Positions 20,122-30,185 of a stretch of DNA of 64,000 nucleotides are shown here, one piece after another. The stretch lies in the NCBI GenBank assembly GCA_965200155.1, contig CBDATR010000010.1:288001-352000 (forward strand), in the 5' to 3' direction. The position numbers were made by a program, and so were the translations under genes. The notes below the pieces were generated by a model. It ran no database searches and was not told the origin of the DNA. It saw only the letters and a program-made list of their open reading frames with translations. The DNA is from Nitrosopumilaceae archaeon. GTDB lineage: Archaea > Thermoproteota > Nitrososphaeria > Nitrososphaerales > Nitrosopumilaceae. Position 1 is the first letter of the stretch. Each line of letters starts with the position of its first letter.

Positions 20122-21585
20122 TTGTTATTGCCTTATAGAAACAATGGTGGTAAGCCGCAACGACTGAGCTACACTGAAGATGATGTATTTGAGATGCTGG
20201 AACGGGATGAAATTAGGTTCATCGACATGCAGTTCAGCAGCTTGCCCGGACGGTTTCATCATACAACTATCTCCGCTACTACATTCACCAAAGAGCAGAT
20301 GCGAGACGGTCTTCCCAAACTTGATGGCTCATCTATCATTGGATTTGCAAGCATAGAAGACTCGGATCTCATAATCAAACCGGATCCAAGCACATACGCC
20401 ATAATACCATGGCTCACGGACAACAAGACCTGCAGACTAATCTGTGACGTATATTGGGGTCAGGGAAGGGGTAGGCTATCCAGGGATCCTCGGGGAATTG
20501 CGCAAAAGGCCGAGAGTTACATAAAGGAATTCGGATTTCACAGCTTCTGGGGTCCTGAGGTAGAATTCTTTGTATTTGACAAGGTACACTGGGATGTACT
20601 TACTCCCTATAAGGGTCAGTCATACTCCATTGAGTCGCAGGAGGCTCCTTGGAACCAGGAGGGATCAGGCTACCCCATGGGTCTCAAACGTGGGTATTAT
20701 CCCAGTACGCCGTCCGATACTCTTTCCCCCTTCCGTAATGATTGCGTAAACATACTTAACACAAACTTTGGCATCTTGTGTGATAATCATCATCACGAGG
20801 TAGCTACCGCGGGTCAGTGCGAGATAGACATAATGTATGACACTCTTACTAATGCCGCCGATTCGGCGCAGTCATACAAGTTTATCGTACGTAATGTAGC
20901 ACAAAAACATAACAAGGTTGCAACAATGATGCCAAAACCCATAGCCATGGATGCCGGTTCCGGCATGCATACCAACGTGAGTTTGTGGCGCAATGGAGAG
21001 AACGCTTTCTATGATGAGAACAGTCCTGATGAATTGAGCCAGGTTGCCAGATACTTTTGTGGCGGCGTGATGGGCCATGCCAAGGCACTCTCCGCAATCT
21101 GCAACCCTACCACAAACTCGTATCATAGACTGGTCCCCGGATACGAGGCACCGGCATACATCGCATGGAGCTCCAGTAACCGCTCTGCCATAGTGCGGGT
21201 TCCAAAGCATTTCAAGGGCAAGACTCACTCAACACTGAAAAGGCTGGAGTTTCGCGCCCCGGATCCCTCGGCTAACCCATATCTTGTCTTTGCAGCTGTA
21301 ACCGCTGCAGGGCTGGATGGTGTAAAGAAGAAGACGGACCCCGGCGATCCAGTACAGGAGGACATATTCAAGATGACTAAAGAGGAGCGTATACAGAGAG
21401 ATATTGGTATTCTCCCCTCAACCTTGGGTGAGGCGCTGGACTGTTTGGAGTCAGACAGTAAATTCCTAAAGCCCATCTTTACATCAGATGTAATAGAAAA
21501 ACTGATCTCGCTTGGCAAACAGGATCAACGAGAGATATCCATAAGGCCGCACCCCCACGAGTTCTATCTATATTTTGATGTATAG
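20122..21585 (+). CDS. glnA: Glutamine synthetase type I
   Basis: DGSSI, GPEVEFF, HHEVATAGQCE, KPIAMDAGSGMH, NSYHRLVPGYEAP, LEFRAPDP. Confidence 0.97.
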   Translation: MLLPYRNNGGKPQRLSYTEDDVFEMLERDEIRFIDMQFSSLPGRFHHTTISATTFTKEQMRDGLPKLDGSSIIGFASIEDSDLIIKPDPSTYAIIPWLTDNKTCRLICDVYWGQGRGRLSRDPRGIAQKAESYIKEFGFHSFWGPEVEFFVFDKVHWDVLTPYKGQSYSIESQEAPWNQEGSGYPMGLKRGYYPSTPSDTLSPFRNDCVNILNTNFGILCDNHHHEVATAGQCEIDIMYDTLTNAADSAQSYKFIVRNVAQKHNKVATMMPKPIAMDAGSGMHTNVSLWRNGENAFYDENSPDELSQVARYFCGGVMGHAKALSAICNPTTNSYHRLVPGYEAPAYIAWSSSNRSAIVRVPKHFKGKTHSTLKRLEFRAPDPSANPYLVFAAVTAAGLDGVKKKTDPGDPVQEDIFKMTKEERIQRDIGILPSTLGEALDCLESDSKFLKPIFTSDVIEKLISLGKQDQREISIRPHPHEFYLYFDV

Positions 21586-21641
21586 TCGTTGTTGAGTAGT
21601 CGCTACCATACTTGTACGTAGACAGGCGGACTAATCTCGCC

Positions 21642-21920
21642 CTAGTTGCTTGCCATAAGAAATATCAGATACAGCGATGCGCCAATTAAACCGAAACCCA
21701 ATGCCATGGCCGGAATGCGGTTACTATCATGGTGAGCTGATCGCCAGAGCATGACCCCGCCGGACAGCCCCAAAAGAAGTATGAAAAAACCGGCAACCAG
21801 TTTGTCACCCTCATTTCCAAATATTAGTGGCTGGAAGAGACCAGAGAGTAATAGAAAGAATATCGCCAAGTAGACATACCTGACAGAAGAAAGCGCCCTG
21901 TACGCGGCGGTGCTACTCAT
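21642..21920 (-). CDS. Small membrane protein
   Basis: Three predicted TM helices; start uncertain. Confidence 0.6.
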   Translation of the reverse strand: MSSTAAYRALSSVRYVYLAIFFLLLSGLFQPLIFGNEGDKLVAGFFILLLGLSGGVMLWRSAHHDSNRIPAMALGFGLIGASLYLIFLMASN

Positions 21921-22044
21921 GCAATACATCTTACACTTGTACAATAAATTAGTACTTGTCGGGCGATGAATTCCGGACTAGAACCGGCAAAAATTTTTGA
22001 CGTATCAACACAAGCTTCATTTGCTCCCCTAACAAACATAATTC

Positions 22045-22584
22045 ATGGAGTCATTCGTCCAAGAGAATGTGTTCCGCGGCAAGATAATCGGGCTTAGTAT
22101 GTATGAGGGTGAGATAGAGGGACGCCGCGTGCGTCGGGAGATAATCGAGCATCCCGGGGCCGCCGCCATATTGGCCATAGATCATAATAACATGCTGGTG
22201 ATGGTGAATCAGCACCGGTTCCCTCTTGGTCGTACACTGGAGATACCTGCGGGAACCTTGGAGGCAAACGAGCTCCCCCTGCATTGCGCCCTGCGGGAGC
22301 TGGAGGAGGAGACCGGGTACGTTGCAGGAAGCATAAAGCCCCTTCTGTCATACTATCCGTCCGTAGGTTACAACAAGGAGATCATACACTGCTTTGTGGC
22401 CACAGATCTCAGAAAAACCGCGACCAACCCGGATGAGGACGAGATACTGTCTGTAGAGACGCACAGCATGGATGCGGTAATGGGCATGATAGCGTCTGGG
22501 CGCATACGCGACTCCAAGACTATATGCTCCCTTTTTGCATATCTGAATAACACGGGACGGTACAACCTTTCCGAGACTGTATAA
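22045..22584 (+). CDS. Nudix hydrolase (ADP-ribose pyrophosphatase-like)
   Basis: EIPAG...CALRELEEETG Nudix box. Confidence 0.9.
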   Translation: MESFVQENVFRGKIIGLSMYEGEIEGRRVRREIIEHPGAAAILAIDHNNMLVMVNQHRFPLGRTLEIPAGTLEANELPLHCALRELEEETGYVAGSIKPLLSYYPSVGYNKEIIHCFVATDLRKTATNPDEDEILSVETHSMDAVMGMIASGRIRDSKTICSLFAYLNNTGRYNLSETV

Positions 22585-22608
22585 GGGCGGAACTCTGTAT
22601 AGGAAATA

Positions 22609-23451
22609 CTACGCCTGCAAAGCCTGGGGTGCGGTCCAAGCCTCGTTTATCTCCTGAAATACGCTCAGGTTATGCATAGCCGCGGTTCCTATTTGGACTG
22701 CTGTAGCGCCCACCTGCAGAAATTGAAATACGTCTTTTGCATTGCATATGCCACCACACCCCATAATGGGTATGGTATTGCCATGTCTCACTCTTATGTC
22801 ATGTATGGTTCTCAGGGCTATGGGTTTTATGGGCTTGCCTGAGAGTCCGCCGGTACCGTGACTGAGCAGTGGCCGCCCTGCATCATCCAGTGCTAGGGCA
22901 GGTACAGTGTTTATCGCCGTTATTCCGTCTATGCCAGCCTTTATTGCTACGTCGACGCCGGGCATCATGCTTGGTCCAACCTTGGCAAAGACGGGCGTGG
23001 TGTGGGCAACTTTTTTTGCCGTAGACACTATATCCTGTACTAACTTCGGATTGTCTCCTACCTCCCGACCCAGATGCTCTGCATGGGGACATGACAAGTT
23101 CAGCTCAAATCCCGCAACACCATCAAACAGGGGTATCATTTCGGCAAAATCGTCGGGGGAGGATCCCGCCATGCTCACTATTACGGGAAAACTTGGTCTT
23201 CCCAGGGCGCGGGCAAACTGGTGGGCTCCGCCATTATTCAGGCCTATGGCGTTAACATAACCGCCTCCATCCACCGGTACAAAGTTGGGCTCTGGATTGC
23301 CCTCACGCGGATTCACGGTAAGTGACTTTGTAACCGTTGCACCCGCGCCACTCTTGTATACCTCTTCTAGACTCTGTGGTGTATTTCCCCGCAGACCCGA
23401 TGCCAGGATTGCGGGCCCCTCTAGCGTCAGCGGACCTAAGTGTATGGACAT
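22609..23451 (-). CDS. pyrD: Dihydroorotate dehydrogenase (family 1)
   Basis: ASG, NAIGL, ELNLSCPH, AINT, GGLSG, GCGGI, VQIGTA. Confidence 0.92.
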   Translation of the reverse strand: MSIHLGPLTLEGPAILASGLRGNTPQSLEEVYKSGAGATVTKSLTVNPREGNPEPNFVPVDGGGYVNAIGLNNGGAHQFARALGRPSFPVIVSMAGSSPDDFAEMIPLFDGVAGFELNLSCPHAEHLGREVGDNPKLVQDIVSTAKKVAHTTPVFAKVGPSMMPGVDVAIKAGIDGITAINTVPALALDDAGRPLLSHGTGGLSGKPIKPIALRTIHDIRVRHGNTIPIMGCGGICNAKDVFQFLQVGATAVQIGTAAMHNLSVFQEINEAWTAPQALQA

Positions 23452-23531
23452 TGCCGTTAATACCACGCTTATTTACCAAATAAATCTCAAATGACTAGCG
23501 TCAGCGGACCTAAGTGTATGGACATTGCCGT
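23421..23531. repeat. 37-bp direct repeat flanking a 37-bp insert (unit 2), covering the pyrD start
   Basis: ctagcgtcagcggacctaagtgtatggacattgccgt is identical at 23421-23457 and 23495-23531. Confidence 0.9.
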
Positions 23532-23538
23532 GACTTGC

Positions 23539-24503
23539 TGTAATGTATGAAAAGTCGGTCCGCTAGTCATTGGCATCCTGCTCCATCCATTTTGCATCAT
23601 TTGCCCTAATTGTCTGGGTCGCCTTTTTATTTCTAAAGACCATGAGCGGTGTTTCGCCGTTATCTATCCAGTGAGAAGTGCAATCTTCTCCCATTGTACT
23701 AGTCTACATAATCCCGGAGACTGTCATAATGCCATATCTCATTGGACTCTTAAATAAGAGTCCCCTCGTCCTCAATCATTCCATGGAAGCGCTCCAGTTT
23801 GCCATTTGTCTGCGGGTGGTATGGTCTGGAATTGATTAGTATGATGTCTTGATTCAGCAGTTCTTCCTAGAATAGTGTGTTTCCAGTTCTTTTTGCCCTT
23901 TTATTGTCCTACGAAACACGCGCCGTTATCCGAGATGCAGGGGCGCCGAATCGTTTCATTGCCAGTCTCAGTAATAGAACGGCGTTCTCTGAGGTTGCAT
24001 GCTCAAATAGTGCCTCTCCTACTATACACCTGGATGCATCATCTATGAGATTCAGTCCCCTGAAGCGCTCATCTTTCATGACATGGCAGTGCCACATTGC
24101 ATTGGAATATTTACGCTCATAGCGTACCCACTCTGACTTTGCAGGTGATGATCCTGCCGTACCGTTCTTTTTCATTATGCGACATACTGCGCGATATATT
24201 GTAATTCTGTCTAAGCCTCTTTGCAATACGTACTACTCCGGCGGGGTCCTTGCTGTATGCTTCAGTTACCATTCGTATCCGGGTGTCGGTGATTGGTATC
24301 ATGGGCCTGCCCATCTTTACTTGAGTCGTCCCCGTTCTCTGGTTCACAATCTTCGTACGTGTCTTGTTTCAGGTCTTGAGCTATTTTGTGGAGGCAACGC
24401 CTCTTTTGTCTTGATTCCTCTGTTATTCTCTTTACCATATGGCTTGTGCAATCTGAACTACTGTACGCCGGATCCTAAGCGGACTTACTTTTCGTACTAT
24501 TGA
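23539..24503 (-). mobile_element. IS481-family element, degenerate (copy 2)
   Basis: Same ends and interior as copy 1; 15-bp flank duplication attgccgtgacttgc. Confidence 0.85.
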
Positions 24504-24697
24504 AATTGCCGTGACTTGCAACACCATCACGTATATACCTTGGAGAGTGAGTTGCCATCTGTCGTCATAGGCTACAGCCTTGCGCAGCACTTAGACTGGA
24601 ATGGCATCATCAAGCCATTCTTGGATTATCAGTACTGATGATGATATGCACCCGGCTCCATGAAAAGATATATGCGTCAGATAACCGCTGCCCTCCC

Positions 24698-25759
24698 ATG
24701 GAAGAGCGTAGGCGCACCCTTTTGGAAAAGACGCGATCGGACGGATATGACTCACTGGTGGCATTCACTCCTGAAAACCTGTACTACATGACCGGGTTCT
24801 GGGGGGAAGCGGTTGGAATACTGGACGAAGACGGGGTCACCATAGTATCCTCCGCACTGGAGGCACAGAGGGCCGCGGACGACTCATACCGGTGTAATAT
24901 TGTAACCTCGGAGCGGGGAAAAGGGATGATCCCATCTGTATCCGGGCTATTACAGGACAAGAACCCCTGTACCGACTGCTGTGACTACTCTACAATGCGG
25001 TCACTAAAAATACACTCGCCGCGCATGGAACACAATCCCCGTCCCTTCCTGACTGCCCGTACAATAAAAGACAACGATGAGATATCCACACTAAGGGCGG
25101 CCTCCAGAATAATTGACTCACTGTTCGACATATGTGCGGCGGAGATGGTTGTCGGTCAGTCCGAAATTCAGCTTCAGGCACTCCTCATGAAATACGCCAT
25201 TGATCGCGACATGTTTGATACAGGATACGTATACGGACTCCATCCGTTAATAGTGGCCGGGGGCCCTAACAGCGCGTTCCCCCACGCACAACCAACCGAC
25301 AGGAAATTCCAGAGTGGTGATTTGGTGGTCGTGGACATAACTCTGCGCCATAAAGGATACATCTCTGATGCCACCCGGACTTTCGCCATGGGTGATGTAT
25401 CTCAGGAGGCCCTGGACGTATACGAAATAGTCCGTGAGTCCCAGAGTCGCGGACTGCAGGCTGTTGCTATTGGTGCATCATGCGGTGATGTCGATGCAGC
25501 CTGCCGAAATTATATTGAGGAGCGCGGTTACGGCAAATTCTTTATTCACTCGACGGGGCATGGTGTGGGTCTGGAGGTACACGAGGATCCATTCCTGGGC
25601 AAGGGTTCTGATACGACACTGCAAAACAACATGGCCATAACCGTGGAGCCAGGAATATATCTGCCGGGCAAACTGGGCGTTCGCATTGAGGACTCTTTAA
25701 TCGTGGGACAGAAACCTGACATATTACATCATTTCCCCAAGGATATGATACGCGTATAG
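24698..25759 (+). CDS. Xaa-Pro aminopeptidase (M24 family)
   Basis: YISDATRT, HSTGHGVGLEVHE, TVEPGIY, GVRIED. Confidence 0.92.
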   Translation: MEERRRTLLEKTRSDGYDSLVAFTPENLYYMTGFWGEAVGILDEDGVTIVSSALEAQRAADDSYRCNIVTSERGKGMIPSVSGLLQDKNPCTDCCDYSTMRSLKIHSPRMEHNPRPFLTARTIKDNDEISTLRAASRIIDSLFDICAAEMVVGQSEIQLQALLMKYAIDRDMFDTGYVYGLHPLIVAGGPNSAFPHAQPTDRKFQSGDLVVVDITLRHKGYISDATRTFAMGDVSQEALDVYEIVRESQSRGLQAVAIGASCGDVDAACRNYIEERGYGKFFIHSTGHGVGLEVHEDPFLGKGSDTTLQNNMAITVEPGIYLPGKLGVRIEDSLIVGQKPDILHHFPKDMIRV

Positions 25760-25773
25760 AACACTCCCAAGCA

Positions 25774-26232
25774 CTAATCGTAAAAGTTTACCACATCCAT
25801 TACATCCTTGGTTAAATCGTTGTTGCCCTGTACCATTCCCTCAGCATCCATACTCCAGTCAAAGGACAGTCCGTCACCGCGTGACTCAAAATCCAGCATG
25901 ACACGATACTCGTCTATGCTGGTACTCATTACCTCTACGCGTACTGCTGTGGAGCGATGATCAAATACATTGCCGTCGGGAAATGCTGTTACAATCCTGT
26001 CCGATATTGCCTCCTCCACATTTATGCCGGAACCGTCCATTCCGTCATACCGCAATACCCGTTCCAGTATATCCATATCCCCGGCATTCAGCGTGTCTGG
26101 TATCGTATCGCGCAGATCCTTCTCCAGCAGGCCTGGTACCACGAACACAGCCAGCAGTGTTATACCCGCCAGATAGAACGGGGCCCGTTTTGTTAGAAAG
26201 TCGCGCATACCAGATTTTTTGGGATCCTTCAC
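25774..26232 (-). CDS. Hypothetical protein with N-terminal membrane anchor
   Basis: KRAPFYLAG..hydrophobic helix, followed by an acidic domain. Confidence 0.7.
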   Translation of the reverse strand: MKDPKKSGMRDFLTKRAPFYLAGITLLAVFVVPGLLEKDLRDTIPDTLNAGDMDILERVLRYDGMDGSGINVEEAISDRIVTAFPDGNVFDHRSTAVRVEVMSTSIDEYRVMLDFESRGDGLSFDWSMDAEGMVQGNNDLTKDVMDVVNFYD

Positions 26233-26261
26233 ATCATGTCATCACACCTGGGAGAATTAAA

Positions 26262-26353
26262 GTATGAGTTCACGTCTTCCGGAATCTTGTGCACAAATCA
26301 CATTAACTGTCGCGATCAGTTGTGCGTAAATTTAGACACAGGTGAACTCATAC
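26262..26353 (+). mobile_element. 92-bp MITE
   Basis: TSD gaattaaa. Confidence 0.95.
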
Positions 26354-26381
26354 GAATTAAAATCTGTGGTGTCAACTATTG

Positions 26382-26473
26382 GTATGAGTTCACGTCTTCC
26401 GGAATCTTATGCACAAATCACATTAACTGTAGCGATCAGTTATGCGTAAATTTAGACACAGGTGAACTCATAC
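26382..26473 (+). mobile_element. 92-bp MITE
   Basis: TSD aactattg, which includes the coaBC stop codon. Confidence 0.95.
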
Positions 26474-26475
26474 AA

Positions 26476-27711
26476 CTATTGTTTTATGCTGGCATACTTA
26501 TTCTCTATTGCGTCCTTGATAAATCGGACTATCTCCTCTTTTACTTTGCGCCCCGAGCTGGTATGTTCGTCCCTGTCTACAACAATGACTAGGTTACTGT
26601 CTGAGTCATTCTGGTATCCGTCCCCCACATCGTTTGCCACTATCATATCTGCCTCCGTCTCTAGGAGCTTGTCCCGGGCGGACTTTACGAGATCGTCCTG
26701 GGATACGTTAACCTCTGCCTTGAAGCCCACAAGCATGGATTGAGGGGCAGCCTTTCTTAGGCGATTTATTATCCTAGGCGCCCTGTTCATAGCTATATTC
26801 AATCCATCCTGCTCACTGTCTATCTTGTCTCGATTGTACTCTGCCGGAATATAGTCCGCGGCCGCGGCCGCCATTACTATAATATCGTGGTTATTCTGGG
26901 CCTCCCTGAGTGTGGCCGCCATCATCTCTGCCACGCTGATAACGTTTATGACCTTGGCGCCCTCAGGAGCCCTCTCCCTTCCGGGACCGTACACCATGGT
27001 GACATCACACCCGTCCAAGATTAGCTCACTGGCCAGCAAGACTCCCGTACGTCCGGAACTGGTGTTGGTAATGGCCCTCACCGGATCTATCAACTCCATG
27101 GTTGGTCCGGCCACCACCAGAACCCGCTTGCTCCTAAGTCTGGACGGTTTGGTTATAATATCCATTATGGCGTCCGATACCTCCTGCGGTTCTGCCACCT
27201 TGGCCTTGCCTTCTGTTATGCTGGGTGGCATAAACCGAGCCCATTGAGACAATGACTTTATGTTTCGCTGTATCACACTGTTCTCGTACATGGCCTCGTG
27301 CATGGCCGGGCAGATAATGATGGGTGTCTTGGAGCCCAGCGCCACGGTTAGCACTGACGTGGGTGCCGTATCGTCTATGCCACATGCCATCTTGCTTATG
27401 GTGTTGGCCGTGGCCGGATACGCCACTACCATATCAGCCCTGCCAAAGTCTGCCAGCTCCACATGTTTCATATCCCCATCCAGTACCGATACGGCACGAT
27501 TGCCCGTAGCCCATGTCATGTAATCGGTAGTGATGAGCCTGGTGGCGGATTCGCTCATGACGCATTGGACTGATGCTCCATGCCGCATAAGCATCCTGGC
27601 CAAGTCTATGGCCTTATACGCGGCCACACTCCCGGAGATGCAGAGTACTATACTCTTTCCTGATAGCTGTGCGCTGTCGGTTCCGGTAATGTCAAGCGAT
27701 GGATGTGTCAT
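26476..27711 (-). CDS. coaBC: Phosphopantothenoylcysteine decarboxylase/synthetase
   Basis: SGSVAAYKA, PATANT, PAMHEAM, IDPVRAITN.SSG, VGFKAE, IVANDV. Confidence 0.95.
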   Translation of the reverse strand: MTHPSLDITGTDSAQLSGKSIVLCISGSVAAYKAIDLARMLMRHGASVQCVMSESATRLITTDYMTWATGNRAVSVLDGDMKHVELADFGRADMVVAYPATANTISKMACGIDDTAPTSVLTVALGSKTPIIICPAMHEAMYENSVIQRNIKSLSQWARFMPPSITEGKAKVAEPQEVSDAIMDIITKPSRLRSKRVLVVAGPTMELIDPVRAITNTSSGRTGVLLASELILDGCDVTMVYGPGRERAPEGAKVINVISVAEMMAATLREAQNNHDIIVMAAAAADYIPAEYNRDKIDSEQDGLNIAMNRAPRIINRLRKAAPQSMLVGFKAEVNVSQDDLVKSARDKLLETEADMIVANDVGDGYQNDSDSNLVIVVDRDEHTSSGRKVKEEIVRFIKDAIENKYASIKQ

Positions 27712-28493
27712 CTCTCCCTCACCGAGAACGTATGTTCATTGGCCGGAAATATGCCATTTTCAACTTCATACCTGTACGTAGATATGGCCCGTCTTATATC
27801 CTCCGATAGCGTGGCATACTTTTTCACAAACTTGAACTTGTTCGGGTACATGCCTAGCATGTCCTGGATAACCAGCACCTGCCCGTCACAGTCAGGACCG
27901 GATCCTATGCCTATGGTGGGAATCTCCAGGCTCCGGGTAACGAACTTGGCTGTCTGATGTGCCACTTTCTCCAATACAATACAGAATGCGCCCACATTTT
28001 GGAGTTCTGTGGCTTCCTCTAAAAGCCTCTCGGCTCCCTGGCTATCTTCCCCTCTTACGCCAAAGTCTGAGTGTATGGCCGCGTACTGAGGCTGCAACCC
28101 CAAATGTCCCATTACCGGTATCTGCGCCTCGGTCAGGGCCTGTACCATCATGGGATTACCTTCCACCTTTACCGCGTCGGCGCCTTCCCTGACCAGCCTT
28201 CCCGCATTCTTTATGGCGATATCATCTGAGTAACATGACAGAAAAGGCATGTCTGCCACTATTAGTGCCTCCTTGCGGGCCCTGTTTACGGCGCCGGTAA
28301 ACATACACATATGATCCATGGTTACATGCAATGTAGTCTGATGGCCAAGCATGACCATGCCTGCACTATCTCCCACCAACAGTATGTCCACACCATCATC
28401 GCACAACGCGGTCATGGTATAGTCATATGCGGTCACCGCCACTATCTTCTTTTTCCCCTTCATGGCTGCTATTTGGGATACCCTCTTACGCAT
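27708..28493 (-). CDS. panB: Ketopantoate hydroxymethyltransferase
   Basis: TAYD, LVGDSAGMV, ADMPF, AVKVEG, GIGSG..CDGQVLV. Confidence 0.95.
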   Translation of the reverse strand: MRKRVSQIAAMKGKKKIVAVTAYDYTMTALCDDGVDILLVGDSAGMVMLGHQTTLHVTMDHMCMFTGAVNRARKEALIVADMPFLSCYSDDIAIKNAGRLVREGADAVKVEGNPMMVQALTEAQIPVMGHLGLQPQYAAIHSDFGVRGEDSQGAERLLEEATELQNVGAFCIVLEKVAHQTAKFVTRSLEIPTIGIGSGPDCDGQVLVIQDMLGMYPNKFKFVKKYATLSEDIRRAISTYRYEVENGIFPANEHTFSVRER

Positions 28494-29241
28494 ATTCTAC
28501 CTCTTCTAGGCGTTTTTTTATATGTTGTATACAGTCCCTCAGGTTGGCCGCATTGTCAAACTGCTTCACTATGCTCTTTAACGTAACTTGGTCGTACTCT
28601 TTCATTCTGCTACAGTAGTAGGCAAGCAGCGGAATTGCACGTATAAGATTGTCCACTATGGTTATGTGCGCCGTTCGTGCCGTTCGTGACAGCGGGTTTA
28701 GGTCTATGGTAATTACGCGCTTTTCCAGATTGCGCAGTGCCATGGTGCGGTCACCGTCTTCTAGGGGCACAAGCACAACATCTGCTGCAGCTATGCCATC
28801 CGGGCTAACCAGCCTGCGTGCAGACTCAAGTCCCGTTATGGCGACACGGTCTTCATCGGCGCCCAGAACCGATTTGGCACCGTGTCGAAGCAGAATACCC
28901 GCGATTACCCTGCGGCGCTCCGGACTGTCATAGAACAGGTTGACCTCCAAAAGGGCGGAGGTGGACGCGGCAAGCTTCACTATGCCCTCGGGACACAGCG
29001 CCGCCACGTTCCCGTTAACCGATATTACCGGGCTCTTGGCCAGTAATAGTGCCGCTGCGGCAGCATGGGCAGCTTTCTGGGCATGGGGCGCACTTGTCTC
29101 ACCAATGATATAGTCAAAGGCCTCTCCCCTTCCGTGGGCAATAATACCCTCTGTTGTAACTGCGCCCGCGTTGAAACCGCCTACCAATAACTCCCGTGTT
29201 CGCAGTGACTGATATCGTGGATGGGATTGGGGTGTGCGCAT
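28486..29241 (-). CDS. pps: Archaeal phosphopantothenate synthetase
   Basis: HPRYQSL, AHGRGEAFDY, VPLEDGDR, IDLNPLSRT. Confidence 0.92.
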   Translation of the reverse strand: MRTPQSHPRYQSLRTRELLVGGFNAGAVTTEGIIAHGRGEAFDYIIGETSAPHAQKAAHAAAAALLLAKSPVISVNGNVAALCPEGIVKLAASTSALLEVNLFYDSPERRRVIAGILLRHGAKSVLGADEDRVAITGLESARRLVSPDGIAAADVVLVPLEDGDRTMALRNLEKRVITIDLNPLSRTARTAHITIVDNLIRAIPLLAYYCSRMKEYDQVTLKSIVKQFDNAANLRDCIQHIKKRLEEVEYA

Positions 29242-29279
29242 GTATTACTCACCTGCGCGCGGGAACCCATACAATGCCA

Positions 29280-30134
29280 TCACAACACACGAGCTCCAAC
29301 GCTGTCTATTCTTGTCCTAATGGTATTTTTGTACCTGCCCAGTATTGTTGATATCCTCTCCACATCCTGATGTGGTACTATCGTGAATAGGGTCTGCCCA
29401 AACAGTGCCATCCCGCAAGCGACCCCTGCCCCGTCTAGCTCCTGAACAATACCCTCCACCATGGGGGTTACTATATCACATCTGCGGGCAAACTCCAGGG
29501 ACATATTCTGGAAACTTCTCATATCATGGTATTTGAGCATATCTGTAACCATCCTTTCTCCTAGGTCTCCTACCGTGTCCATACGGTCCAGATGATCCTT
29601 TGTAGACAGAGGGGAGATGCACACCACAAATACCCAAACATCTTTGGGATATAGATTCGTTATACTGCCGTATCCCGGAGCTCCTGCCTTGGTCCTGATC
29701 TCAAAGCCGCCATGGTATGCTGCCAATACGTCCCCCAGTCCGCTTTTGTAAAACATGTCCGCACGGTGGGCCATCTGTCCCAGCCGCTCCTTCCTTAACC
29801 CTGTACCGAATGCCCTGTCCAGTGCATATGCTGTCGACAGGGCTAGGGCCCCGCTGGTACCAAGGCCATAACCGGAAGGCACTCCCATGGCATGGCTTAT
29901 CTCCACACCCCGGGAATTGTTTCCGGTCTCACTTAGAAACAGCTCTGCCACATGCCTGGGAATCGGTTGTCCCCGCAGGACATGGCGTTCCAGTACGCGT
30001 ACCTTGGTGGTTACGCCCGCGGCAATGGAGAATCCTGCCCCAATAGAACCGGTGACCATCCAGGAGTCTCCCTTCATGGCCTGGAAGAAGCCAGTTATAT
30101 GAGCTGGACAGAATGCGACACCATCCATGCACAT
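29280..30134 (-). CDS. pok: Pantoate kinase (GHMP family)
   Basis: PAHITGFF, GSIGAG, PSGYGLGTSG, GLGDV; lies in the CoA cluster. Confidence 0.9.
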   Translation of the reverse strand: MCMDGVAFCPAHITGFFQAMKGDSWMVTGSIGAGFSIAAGVTTKVRVLERHVLRGQPIPRHVAELFLSETGNNSRGVEISHAMGVPSGYGLGTSGALALSTAYALDRAFGTGLRKERLGQMAHRADMFYKSGLGDVLAAYHGGFEIRTKAGAPGYGSITNLYPKDVWVFVVCISPLSTKDHLDRMDTVGDLGERMVTDMLKYHDMRSFQNMSLEFARRCDIVTPMVEGIVQELDGAGVACGMALFGQTLFTIVPHQDVERISTILGRYKNTIRTRIDSVGARVL

Positions 30135-30185
30135 GATGCAATTCCCAACAAAATAAACGCGCCGATTGCCATTACAGCTGTCAGA

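Noticed and set aside
26236-26592. ORFs containing YEFTSSGILCTNHINC (also 10429, 50979, 62073, 62890)
   Set aside because: Artefacts of the MITE's open frame. MITE plus TSD is 100 bp, so insertion does not preserve frame.
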